Shown here piece by piece: positions 20,433-28,805 of a DNA stretch of 64,000 nt. The notes under the pieces are model-generated. The model had not been told where the DNA came from. It did no database searches and worked only from the letters and a program-made list of their open reading frames with translations. Location: NCBI GenBank assembly GCA_024401715.1, contig JAKSKO010000001.1:6891-70890 (forward strand), given 5' to 3'. The DNA is from Bacteroidales bacterium. Its GTDB lineage: Bacteria > Bacteroidota > Bacteroidia > Bacteroidales > UBA932. The position numbers were made by a program, and so were the translations under genes. Position 1 is the first letter of the stretch; each line of letters begins with the position of its first letter.

Positions 20433-21953
20433 ATGAAAAAGTTATTTAGTGCATTGATTTTTTCTTTGTTCTGCCTCATCCTTATGCCGGTGCAGACCAT
20501 GGCTCAGGAATACCTTACCCTGGAGCAGTGCAGAATGATGGCTCTTGATGGCAACAAAGAGCTGGAACAGGCCAGAATGAAGATGAAGATGGCAGATTAC
20601 GACAAGAAGACTGCAATTGCCTACTACTTCCCGTCCGTTTCAGCAAACGCGGGTTATGCCTATAATTCCAGGAATATCGCCCTTGCCAGCAGTGATGCCC
20701 AGAATGTGATATCCAATATGGGAACCATCGCACAGGGACAGCTGAACGGTAGCGTGCAGCAGATAATGACAGCCATCATGTCCAACCCTGCAGCCGCCCA
20801 GGAGTATATGAAGAGCCCGATGTGGCAGACGGTAATGGGAGCTCTATCGCAGACAGACGTATCCCAGGCCCTCAATACCATAGGATCACATATTACGGAT
20901 GCCTTCAACCTTAACATACAGAATGTGTTTGTAGGGGCGGTGACTGTGGAACAACCCATCTTCACAGGCGGCAAAATACTGGCGACAAACAAGATTGCCG
21001 CTCTGGCCAAGGACTTGCAGCAGGCGGAATATGAAGGTAAGTATCAGGATATTCTGGTGAATGTGGAACAGGCCTACTGGCAGATTGTCAGCATTGCGGC
21101 AAAGAAAAGAATGACGGAAAGCTATGTGGGGCTGCTTGAAACCATGCTTCATGATGCGGAGATATCAGTGGCCGAAGGTGTAGCCGTGGAAGGCGATATC
21201 CTGGCCATCAAAGTGAAGCATAACGAAGCCAACATGATGCTTACCAAGGCAACTCATGGCCTTGCACTATCGAAGATGCTTCTTTGCAAGGAAATAGGAC
21301 TTCCGCTTGATACGGAAATTACCCTTGCTGACGAGAGCAGGGATGATATGGCCCAGCCAAAACTCATCAAGGCAAAAAGCCTGGATGAAATATGCGCTGC
21401 ACGTCCCGAAACCAGAAGTCTGGACATCGCCACACGAATTTACGACCAGAAGGTGCGCGTAGCCAGGTCAGACATGATGCCCAAGATTGCTGCCACAGCC
21501 AACTATCTTCTCTCGAATCCAAGCTGCTTCAACGGCTTCAGCAACAAATTCGGAGGTATGTTCAACGTGGGCGTTATGGTAAGTATCCCGATTTTTCACG
21601 GCGCCGAAGCTCTTCACAAGACACGCAAGGCCCAGACCGAGGCCAAACTGTACCGCAGCCGTTACGATGACGCACGCAACCTCATCAACCTTCAGGTGGA
21701 GCAGCTCTCTCACCAGCAGGACGAAGCGGCTGAAAAGTTCGTGATGACAGCTTCCAACCTAAGAAGTGCGGAGGAAAACCTGCGCACGGCCATGATTGGA
21801 TTTGAGGAAGGCGTTGTAAGTTCCAACGTGGCTCTCGCCGCACAGACCGCATGGCTGAAGGCTCAGAGTGAACATATAGATGCGGGCATAGAGATGCAGA
21901 TGAATCATGTGAATCTGTTGAAAGCCCAGGGATCACTAAGTGTTAATGAATAA
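20433..21953 (+). CDS. TolC-family outer membrane efflux protein
   Basis: Signal peptide MKKLFSALIF..., LTLEQCRMMALDGN, VEQPIFTGG and heptad-rich helices. Confidence 0.88.
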   Translation: MKKLFSALIFSLFCLILMPVQTMAQEYLTLEQCRMMALDGNKELEQARMKMKMADYDKKTAIAYYFPSVSANAGYAYNSRNIALASSDAQNVISNMGTIAQGQLNGSVQQIMTAIMSNPAAAQEYMKSPMWQTVMGALSQTDVSQALNTIGSHITDAFNLNIQNVFVGAVTVEQPIFTGGKILATNKIAALAKDLQQAEYEGKYQDILVNVEQAYWQIVSIAAKKRMTESYVGLLETMLHDAEISVAEGVAVEGDILAIKVKHNEANMMLTKATHGLALSKMLLCKEIGLPLDTEITLADESRDDMAQPKLIKAKSLDEICAARPETRSLDIATRIYDQKVRVARSDMMPKIAATANYLLSNPSCFNGFSNKFGGMFNVGVMVSIPIFHGAEALHKTRKAQTEAKLYRSRYDDARNLINLQVEQLSHQQDEAAEKFVMTASNLRSAEENLRTAMIGFEEGVVSSNVALAAQTAWLKAQSEHIDAGIEMQMNHVNLLKAQGSLSVNE

Positions 21954-21966
21954 AAACATCAAAGAT

Positions 21967-22956
21967 ATGGAAAACAATACAAACAATCTCGGCCTTGTGA
22001 AAGGCGTAGGTGCCCTTGCAGCATTCGTTCTGGCAATGGGAGTAATAGGATATTTCGTGTCACGTCCGAAAGAGACTCCCATTCAGGGACAGGCAGAGGC
22101 CACTGAATACCGTGTTTCGGGCAAAGTCCCGGGAAGGATTGAGGAACTGTATGCCAAGGAGGGCCAGAAGGTTACAAAAGGCGACACTCTGGTATACATA
22201 GACTCTCCCGAGGTGAGGGCGAAACTAGCGCAGGCAACTGCCGTGCGCAATGCTGCCCTGGCCCAGAGCAAAAAGGCGGACAACGGCGCCCGCAGCGAGC
22301 AGATTGCCGGTGCATACAATCTTTATCAGCAGGCCAAGGTTCAGGAAGATGTGATGAAGAAATCTTTCGACAGGGTAAGTTCCCTGTACAGCCAGAAGGT
22401 TGTTTCCGCACAGAAATACGATGAAACCAAGGCGCGCTATGATGCCGCCGTTGCCCAATGTGCTGCAGCAAAAAGCCAGTATGAAATGGCCCTGAACGGT
22501 GCCAGGGAGGAAGATAAAGAGGCCGCACACGCTCTTGTGGACCAGGCTAGCGGTGTTATCATGGAGGTTGAGGCTTATCAGAGCGAGCTATATCTCACAG
22601 CTCCGGCTTCTGGTATCGTTTCCGATGTCTTCCCGAAATGCGGCGAACTGGTGGGAACAGGCTCCCCTATAATGAACATCGTGGACCTTGGCGACATGTG
22701 GTTCACCTTCAATGTACGTGAGGACAAGATAGGAAGCATGAAAATAGGCGATCCTCTCACACTTGCCATTCCGGCTCTCGGAGACATCACCGTACAGGCT
22801 CATATCAGCCATATGGCTGTAAGGGAATCTTACGCCACATGGAAAGCCACAAAGGATTCCGACAGATATGATGCGAAGACCTTCGAGGTGAAAGCCGTTC
22901 CCGATAATATGGTGGAAGGACTTCTACCCGGCATGACCGCTCTTATTGTAAAATAA
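21967..22956 (+). CDS. HlyD-family membrane fusion protein
   Basis: N-terminal TM segment, VSGKVPGRIEELYAKEGQKVTKGD lipoyl-like half, coiled coil, LTAPASGIV. The start could also be at 21940 or 21946. Confidence 0.87.
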   Translation: MENNTNNLGLVKGVGALAAFVLAMGVIGYFVSRPKETPIQGQAEATEYRVSGKVPGRIEELYAKEGQKVTKGDTLVYIDSPEVRAKLAQATAVRNAALAQSKKADNGARSEQIAGAYNLYQQAKVQEDVMKKSFDRVSSLYSQKVVSAQKYDETKARYDAAVAQCAAAKSQYEMALNGAREEDKEAAHALVDQASGVIMEVEAYQSELYLTAPASGIVSDVFPKCGELVGTGSPIMNIVDLGDMWFTFNVREDKIGSMKIGDPLTLAIPALGDITVQAHISHMAVRESYATWKATKDSDRYDAKTFEVKAVPDNMVEGLLPGMTALIVK

Positions 22957-22974
22957 CCATCCCGAAGTTTTACC

Positions 22975-24135
22975 ATGGAAAAGCTGATAGCTGTAATAAA
23001 GAGAGAGTTGGGAATATGGAGCAGACGTCCCATCTACATGGCTGGTTCCGTGGGAGTGATGGCTTGCTGCTGCATCTTCTACCTCTCGTTTCTGGAAGAG
23101 GGTGTTCCTTCAGATCTGCCGATAGGCATTGTGGATAACGACAACTCATCCATGAGCCGCAATTTCATCCAGCAATTGGATGCCACCCAGCTGGGGCGCG
23201 TGGTGATGTACAATGATTTCGCCGAGGCCAGGGAGGATATGCAGAGGGGCGACATCACTTCGGTGTGTGTGATTCCGCACGGCATGTATGCAGACGTGCA
23301 GGCACAACGCCAGCCCACTTTCACATTCTATGTCAATACACTGTATTTTCTTGGAGGATCGCTTTCGTACAAGGACATCCTTACCCTTGTAAATCTCACC
23401 TCCGGAGCCGTTACCCGTCAGGTGATGAGGATGAAAGGCATGGGAGATGCCGAGATTATGGGAAAGTTACGCCCGGTGGACGTGGATGTGCATATGATAG
23501 GCAACCCAACAATGAACTACGGTGCCTATCTGGCCAATACCCTGCTGCCGGTGATGCTAGAGATGATAGTTATCATCCTCACCATATACTGCCTGGGTAC
23601 GGAACTCAAGTACGGTACCTCACGTGAACTTCTTGCCCTGACGGGTGGAGACTTCCATGCGGCGATTGGTGGCAAACTTCTGCTTCTTACGGGACTTTAC
23701 ACCCTAATAGCATGGACGCTTATGTTCCTGTTGTACGGTATAATGCACTTCCCTCTTGCATGCTCCATCGGATGGATGCTGCTGGACAGCTTCCTGATGG
23801 TGATAGCCAGCGAGGCTGTGGCCCTTGTGATACTCAGTTGTATACCCGTGTTGCGCTTCGCCCTAAGCGTGGGTGCACTTTTCAGCGTGCTGGCCTTGTC
23901 CCTTACGGGCTTTACCCTGCCTCTGGAAGCCATGCCCGGCCCAATCCAGGGCATTGCAGAGTTGTTGCCAATGAGACATTACTACCTGATGGCTGTGCGA
24001 TGCGGCATGTTCGACGGAGGTTTTGCCCTATGCTACAAGGAGATTCTGCATATGATTGTCTATCTGTTCGCTCCGCTGCCGGTAATCTGGCGCCTTAAGG
24101 ATGCCTACATCAAACTTGACTATATTAAGAAATAG
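22975..24135 (+). CDS. ABC-2 type exporter permease (YbhS/YbhR-like)
   Basis: LPIGIVDNDNSSMSR periplasmic motif followed by several TM helices. Confidence 0.85.
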   Translation: MEKLIAVIKRELGIWSRRPIYMAGSVGVMACCCIFYLSFLEEGVPSDLPIGIVDNDNSSMSRNFIQQLDATQLGRVVMYNDFAEAREDMQRGDITSVCVIPHGMYADVQAQRQPTFTFYVNTLYFLGGSLSYKDILTLVNLTSGAVTRQVMRMKGMGDAEIMGKLRPVDVDVHMIGNPTMNYGAYLANTLLPVMLEMIVIILTIYCLGTELKYGTSRELLALTGGDFHAAIGGKLLLLTGLYTLIAWTLMFLLYGIMHFPLACSIGWMLLDSFLMVIASEAVALVILSCIPVLRFALSVGALFSVLALSLTGFTLPLEAMPGPIQGIAELLPMRHYYLMAVRCGMFDGGFALCYKEILHMIVYLFAPLPVIWRLKDAYIKLDYIKK

Positions 24136-24142
24136 TATCACA

Positions 24143-25249
24143 ATGAAGTTTATTGATTACATGAAAGGCTGGTTCCGCGATTTCTGGAAGGGATTCGGAG
24201 GAGAGTTGCGCACCATTTTCAGCGATGGCGGCGTAATGATCATCTTCACGGTTGCCGGCCTGGGATATCCTATTCTATACAATTATATCTATCTTAACGG
24301 AACCCTGGATGAAACACCCATAGCCGTTGTGGATGATGCCGATTGCTTCGAAAGCCGCGAATACATACGCCAGCTGGACGCCACCAGGGAAGTTGACATT
24401 GCCTTCAGGTGCGAAAACATGGCGCAGGCGCAGGAGCTGATGGCCGAAAGGAAAGTGAACGGTATTGTCCTGTTCCCGTCCGATTTCGGGGAAAAAATGC
24501 TGCGTCATGAGACAGCCACTCTATCCATATACGCCGACATGAGCAGTTTCCTCTATTACAAAAACCTTCTCATGTCCACCAATATGGTAATGCTGGACAA
24601 AGCCCACAGCGCCGTATCCGTGCAGGCCGTCCCTTATGAAGAGAATATCCCCTACAACAGGACTTTCGCCTACAACATCTTCCTGCTCTCTGCCATTTTC
24701 CTTCTGGTAATCCAACAGGTGATGTTCTATGGCATGTGCATGGTGGAGGGAACAAAGGTGGAGGAGAACCGCCTGCATGAAAACCGCGGCGGATTACGCA
24801 TCTTCTGGGCAAGAAGCGTTGCCTACTGGCTCATATTCATGGGACTGGGCTTATATATCGCCTGCATTGTCCCTGCCATGTTCGGTCTTCCTCAAAGGGG
24901 AGCGTTCGGTGACATATTCAGCCTGCTTGCCCTCTTCGTCACAGACTGTGTTTTCTTCTGCATGTTCTGGAGTACATTCTTCCGCCGGCGTGAATCCGTG
25001 TTCGTCCTGTATCTCTTCATGTCTCCGGTGTGTATCTTCCTCACGGGCTTCTCATGGCCGGCGTCTGCCATACCGGGAATATGGAAAGTGGTTTCCTATT
25101 TCATTCCCACAACCTTCGGATGCAGGGCCTTCATCAATATGAATACGGCCGGGGCGGCTCTCTCTTCCAACGTACACCTGATGTGGCTGCTGCTTTTGCA
25201 AACCGCAGTCTACATGGTTGCATCGGGCTACAGGTCCCTCAGGCGTTAA
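24143..25249 (+). CDS. ABC-2 type exporter permease (YbhS/YbhR-like)
   Basis: TPIAVVDDAD motif, FLTGFSWP, multiple TM helices. The probable start is MKFIDY at 24143. Confidence 0.85.
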   Translation: MKFIDYMKGWFRDFWKGFGGELRTIFSDGGVMIIFTVAGLGYPILYNYIYLNGTLDETPIAVVDDADCFESREYIRQLDATREVDIAFRCENMAQAQELMAERKVNGIVLFPSDFGEKMLRHETATLSIYADMSSFLYYKNLLMSTNMVMLDKAHSAVSVQAVPYEENIPYNRTFAYNIFLLSAIFLLVIQQVMFYGMCMVEGTKVEENRLHENRGGLRIFWARSVAYWLIFMGLGLYIACIVPAMFGLPQRGAFGDIFSLLALFVTDCVFFCMFWSTFFRRRESVFVLYLFMSPVCIFLTGFSWPASAIPGIWKVVSYFIPTTFGCRAFINMNTAGAALSSNVHLMWLLLLQTAVYMVASGYRSLRR

Positions 25250-25254
25250 GCCTC

Positions 25255-26436
25255 CTAGTATTTGACAGTAAGTTTGGAATAGGCTCTTTCCGCTTTGGCA
25301 AGGGCCTCTTCTATGCTTATATCGGTGGCAAGGATAACACCGAAGCGGCGATGTCCGTGAACCTCCGGCTTGCCGAAAAGACGCAGCTGCACGCCAGGCT
25401 CTTCAAGCACGGCATCCAGATTGCCGAACTCCACATGATCTGAATCGCCTTCCACCACGATGGCCTTTGAAGCACTTGGGCCGTAGAACTTCACCTCAGG
25501 GATAGGCAGGCCTAGCACAGCACGTGCGTGAAGGGCAAACTCGCTCATATCCTGGGAAATCATTGTTACCATGCCTGTGTCGTGCGGACGTGGCGAAACC
25601 TCGCTGAAGATAACCTCGTCTCCCTTGATGAACATCTCAACGCCGAAAATGCCATATCCGCCCAAAGCCGATGTGATGGCTTTTGCCACCTCACGCGCCT
25701 TGTCCAAAGCGCAGTTGCTCATAGGCTGGGGCTGCCAGCTTTCGCGGTAATCGCCGTCCACCTGATGGTGTCCCACAGGCTCCAGACAGGTGGTGCCGCC
25801 GCTGTGACGCACTGTAAGAAGGGTTATCTCATAATCGAAATCCACGAAACTTTCCACAATGACGCGGCCTGCACCGGCGCGCCCGCCCTCCTGTGATATC
25901 TCCCAGGATTTCCGGATATCATCCTCCGACTTCACAACGCTCTGGCCATGGCCGGAAGAGCTCATCACCGGCTTCACGACGCAAGGGATACCAACCTCCT
26001 TCACAGCAGCTGTGAAGTCCTGGAAATTATCGGCAAAACGGTAGGCCGAAGTCTTTAGTCCCAGAGTTTCGGCAGCAAGGCGGCGTATACCCTCGCGGTT
26101 CATGGTTAGAACCGTGGCATTGGCCGTTGGGATAACTTTGTAGCCTTCCTTCTCCAGTTCCAGGAAAGTGCCTGTGGCAATGGCCTCAACCTCCGGAATA
26201 ATCAGATCCGGACGCTCTGCCTCAACAACCTCACGCAGGCGTTTGCCGTCCAGCATGGAGAATACGTAACTGCGATGCGCAACCTGCATGGCAGGAGCAT
26301 TCTCATAGCGGTCGCAGGCGATAACCTCCACGCCATAACGCATAAGCTCTATTGCAACTTCTTTTCCTAGTTCTCCGGAGCCGCAAAGCATTGCCTTCTT
26401 TGCAGTACCGGACATCGGGGTACCAATTTTTACCAT
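25255..26436 (-). CDS. purT: Formate-dependent GAR transformylase
   Basis: [55 protein letters not shown]. Confidence 0.95.
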   Translation of the reverse strand: MVKIGTPMSGTAKKAMLCGSGELGKEVAIELMRYGVEVIACDRYENAPAMQVAHRSYVFSMLDGKRLREVVEAERPDLIIPEVEAIATGTFLELEKEGYKVIPTANATVLTMNREGIRRLAAETLGLKTSAYRFADNFQDFTAAVKEVGIPCVVKPVMSSSGHGQSVVKSEDDIRKSWEISQEGGRAGAGRVIVESFVDFDYEITLLTVRHSGGTTCLEPVGHHQVDGDYRESWQPQPMSNCALDKAREVAKAITSALGGYGIFGVEMFIKGDEVIFSEVSPRPHDTGMVTMISQDMSEFALHARAVLGLPIPEVKFYGPSASKAIVVEGDSDHVEFGNLDAVLEEPGVQLRLFGKPEVHGHRRFGVILATDISIEEALAKAERAYSKLTVKY

Positions 26437-26439
26437 ATA

Positions 26440-27810
26440 TCAGATTTTTTTCAAAGATAGTGAATTTGTAGCAAATATACATCCGAAGCACAATGCTTCA
26501 GACAGAGGAATCGCAAGCCATATTCCCGGAACACCAAGCGCCATGGGCAGAAGCAGAAAGGAGGGAATCATGAATATGAATCCGCGGAGCAGGGTGAAAA
26601 GCGTAGCCATCCCTGTCTTTTCTATGCTTTGCAGATAACCTACCGCCACCAGGTTGAGGGAAATGAAGAAAGCCGCCACGCCGAACAGCGGTAATCCCTG
26701 GACGCACAGATGATAGGCCGGCTCTGTGGAAGGGATGAAAATGGAACTTACCGCCCCCGGGAAAAGAGCAAGGATCGCAAGGGAAAGGATTCCGGTGATG
26801 ACGGCAATGCCATGCATCAGTCCCCTTATCTGGCGCAGACGCAGTTTGTCCCCAACGCCATATGCGAAACTGCTTATAGGCTGGCTGGATTCCACAATGG
26901 CATTCGCTACCATGAAGAAGATTGGTGTGGTGTAGCATGCCACGCTGTATGCAGCCACACCATCGGCCCCAAGATACTTCATGAAAACGAAGTTGCCAAC
27001 CATTATCATGGCAGAAATGGCCAGCTCCCCAAGCATCACGGGAAGCCCAGCCTTCAGCTGATACCACAGATTGCGGTTGGAAAGCAGAAAACTCTTGAAC
27101 GTGAAGCGCAGGGTGTAGAAACGCAGGTTCCTGGACAGGAAAAGCATGTATATCAGAAGGATAAGGCCGGATATCGCGAAACTTACCGATGTTGCGATTG
27201 CCGCACCTTCCACACCCATATCCAGCGGAAAAACCAGCAGCCAGTCCAGGAAAACATTCAATATGCTTGCCGTAAGGGTGCAGAACATGGCGTATTTGGG
27301 ACTGCCATCCAGCCTCACCACGAAACCTCCCACCATACCCAGCATCTGGAAAGGCATGAACAGAACAATCCATTTCAGATATTTGCACGCATGGGGAAGA
27401 AGCTGGTCGTTACTGCCGAAAAGGCGGCAGGTAGTCTCCAGATTGGTCATTATCAGCACCGCAACGATAAGCGCAAAAGCGATACAGGCAAACATTGCCT
27501 GCGTAATATGCATCCTGGCAACCTTGACATTGCCTCTTGACAGCAGTATGCTGGCAGTTATGGAGGCTCCAAGGCCAAATGTCACGCCTATGCCCGTCAT
27601 GATATTGAATATCGGGGCGGCTATATTCACAGCAGCAAGGCCGTCACTTCCGGCACCATGGCCCACGAAAGCACCATCGGCCAGGTTCAGCAGCACCATG
27701 GAAACCATGCCCAAGAGGGTGGGAATGAACATCTTGCGGAACAACTCCCCCACCGGCTCATTTGCAAAGTCTATGGCATCCCTGGTCTTTATTTCTTCTC
27801 TATCTATCAC
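26440..27810 (-). CDS. MATE-family efflux transporter
   Basis: LFRKMFIP, LADGAFVGH, GLAAVNIA, ILNVFLDWLLVF, GVEGAAIAT, GIWLAIPLSE. About 12 TM segments. Confidence 0.92.
   Translation of the reverse strand: MIDREEIKTRDAIDFANEPVGELFRKMFIPTLLGMVSMVLLNLADGAFVGHGAGSDGLAAVNIAAPIFNIMTGIGVTFGLGASITASILLSRGNVKVARMHITQAMFACIAFALIVAVLIMTNLETTCRLFGSNDQLLPHACKYLKWIVLFMPFQMLGMVGGFVVRLDGSPKYAMFCTLTASILNVFLDWLLVFPLDMGVEGAAIATSVSFAISGLILLIYMLFLSRNLRFYTLRFTFKSFLLSNRNLWYQLKAGLPVMLGELAISAMIMVGNFVFMKYLGADGVAAYSVACYTTPIFFMVANAIVESSQPISSFAYGVGDKLRLRQIRGLMHGIAVITGILSLAILALFPGAVSSIFIPSTEPAYHLCVQGLPLFGVAAFFISLNLVAVGYLQSIEKTGMATLFTLLRGFIFMIPSFLLLPMALGVPGIWLAIPLSEALCFGCIFATNSLSLKKI
26452..26459 (-). promoter_or_regulatory. 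Candidate -7 box (TATCTTTG) for purT, inside the 3' end of the MATE gene
   Basis: Exact TAnnTTTG ending 15 nt before the purT ATG. No -33 TTTG at canonical spacing. Confidence 0.4.
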
Positions 27811-27821
27811 AGCAAACTCTC

Positions 27822-28802
27822 TTATTTGTAAAAATTCTTTTTGAAGGCCTCAAATTCCTCGCGGCCCATAACGCAACGCTGCCACCAGCAACGCAGAAAA
27901 CCGCTTCCATAGCCCGTAAGCTGCACATAGGAGGCGGCAACAGACAGGGCAGCAACCTTGAATGAAGCATTCAGGCGAAGGGAATCGGCAAATATAAGAA
28001 GGGCGTAAAGCAGCAGCGGCAACAGGCCGTATGGCGGGCACAGAAGGCACAGGACAACACCAATGGTGAACAGCGCCGGCAACAGATGCACAAGTTTCAG
28101 GGTGCCGGGATGCCTAAGGGTGAGATTTATCCTTGCGATGCCGGAATTATGCACCTGGCGGAAGAACTGGCGGAAATTGGCCCTCCTCTTGTGATATACC
28201 CACGCCGATGGGAAAAGCCTGCACCTTGCGCCGCTCTCCACAAGACGGTAGCTGAAATCCACATCCTCGCCGAAGCGCATCCGGCAGAACCCGCCAAGCT
28301 TCAGGTACACATCACGCCTCACTCCCATATTGAAGCTGCGCGGGAAGAACTTGTCCAGCCTTGCCTTGCCGCCGCGGATGCCTCCGGTGGTGAAGAAAGA
28401 TGTCATTCCGTAATTGATGGCCTTCTGCACATCGGTGAAACTCTCGTGGGCGCGGTCCGGCCCGCCGAACGCCTCGCAAGGCTGCGCCGCAAGCGCGGCA
28501 TCCACATTGCACAGATAATCGGACGGAAGCACCACATCGGAATCCAGGATAAGCACATATTCTCCCGCAGCGCGTTCAACGCCATAATTGCGGGCCTGTC
28601 CCGGGCCTCCGTTCTCCTTCGTATAGTAATGGACATCAAGCTGTCCTTCGTATTTCTTCACGATATCCCCGCAAGGCACGGAGCTGCCGTCCTCCACAAC
28701 AATCACCTCAAAATCCTTCAGCGTCTGTGCAGCAAGACTGGCCAGAAGCTCGTCGCATTCATCGGGGCGGTTATATACGGGAATGATTACAGAATAGCGC
28801 AT
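27822..28802 (-). CDS. GT2-family glycosyltransferase
   Basis: YSVIIPVYNR, VIVVEDGS, LILDSD (DxD), GEDVDF. Confidence 0.9.
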   Translation of the reverse strand: MRYSVIIPVYNRPDECDELLASLAAQTLKDFEVIVVEDGSSVPCGDIVKKYEGQLDVHYYTKENGGPGQARNYGVERAAGEYVLILDSDVVLPSDYLCNVDAALAAQPCEAFGGPDRAHESFTDVQKAINYGMTSFFTTGGIRGGKARLDKFFPRSFNMGVRRDVYLKLGGFCRMRFGEDVDFSYRLVESGARCRLFPSAWVYHKRRANFRQFFRQVHNSGIARINLTLRHPGTLKLVHLLPALFTIGVVLCLLCPPYGLLPLLLYALLIFADSLRLNASFKVAALSVAASYVQLTGYGSGFLRCWWQRCVMGREEFEAFKKNFYK

Positions 28803-28805
28803 AAG

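Noticed and set aside
20680-20920. Gln/Met-rich insert in TolC
   Set aside because: Variable extracellular loop inserts are common in Bacteroidetes TolC proteins as I recall them, and there is no independent signal of novelty.
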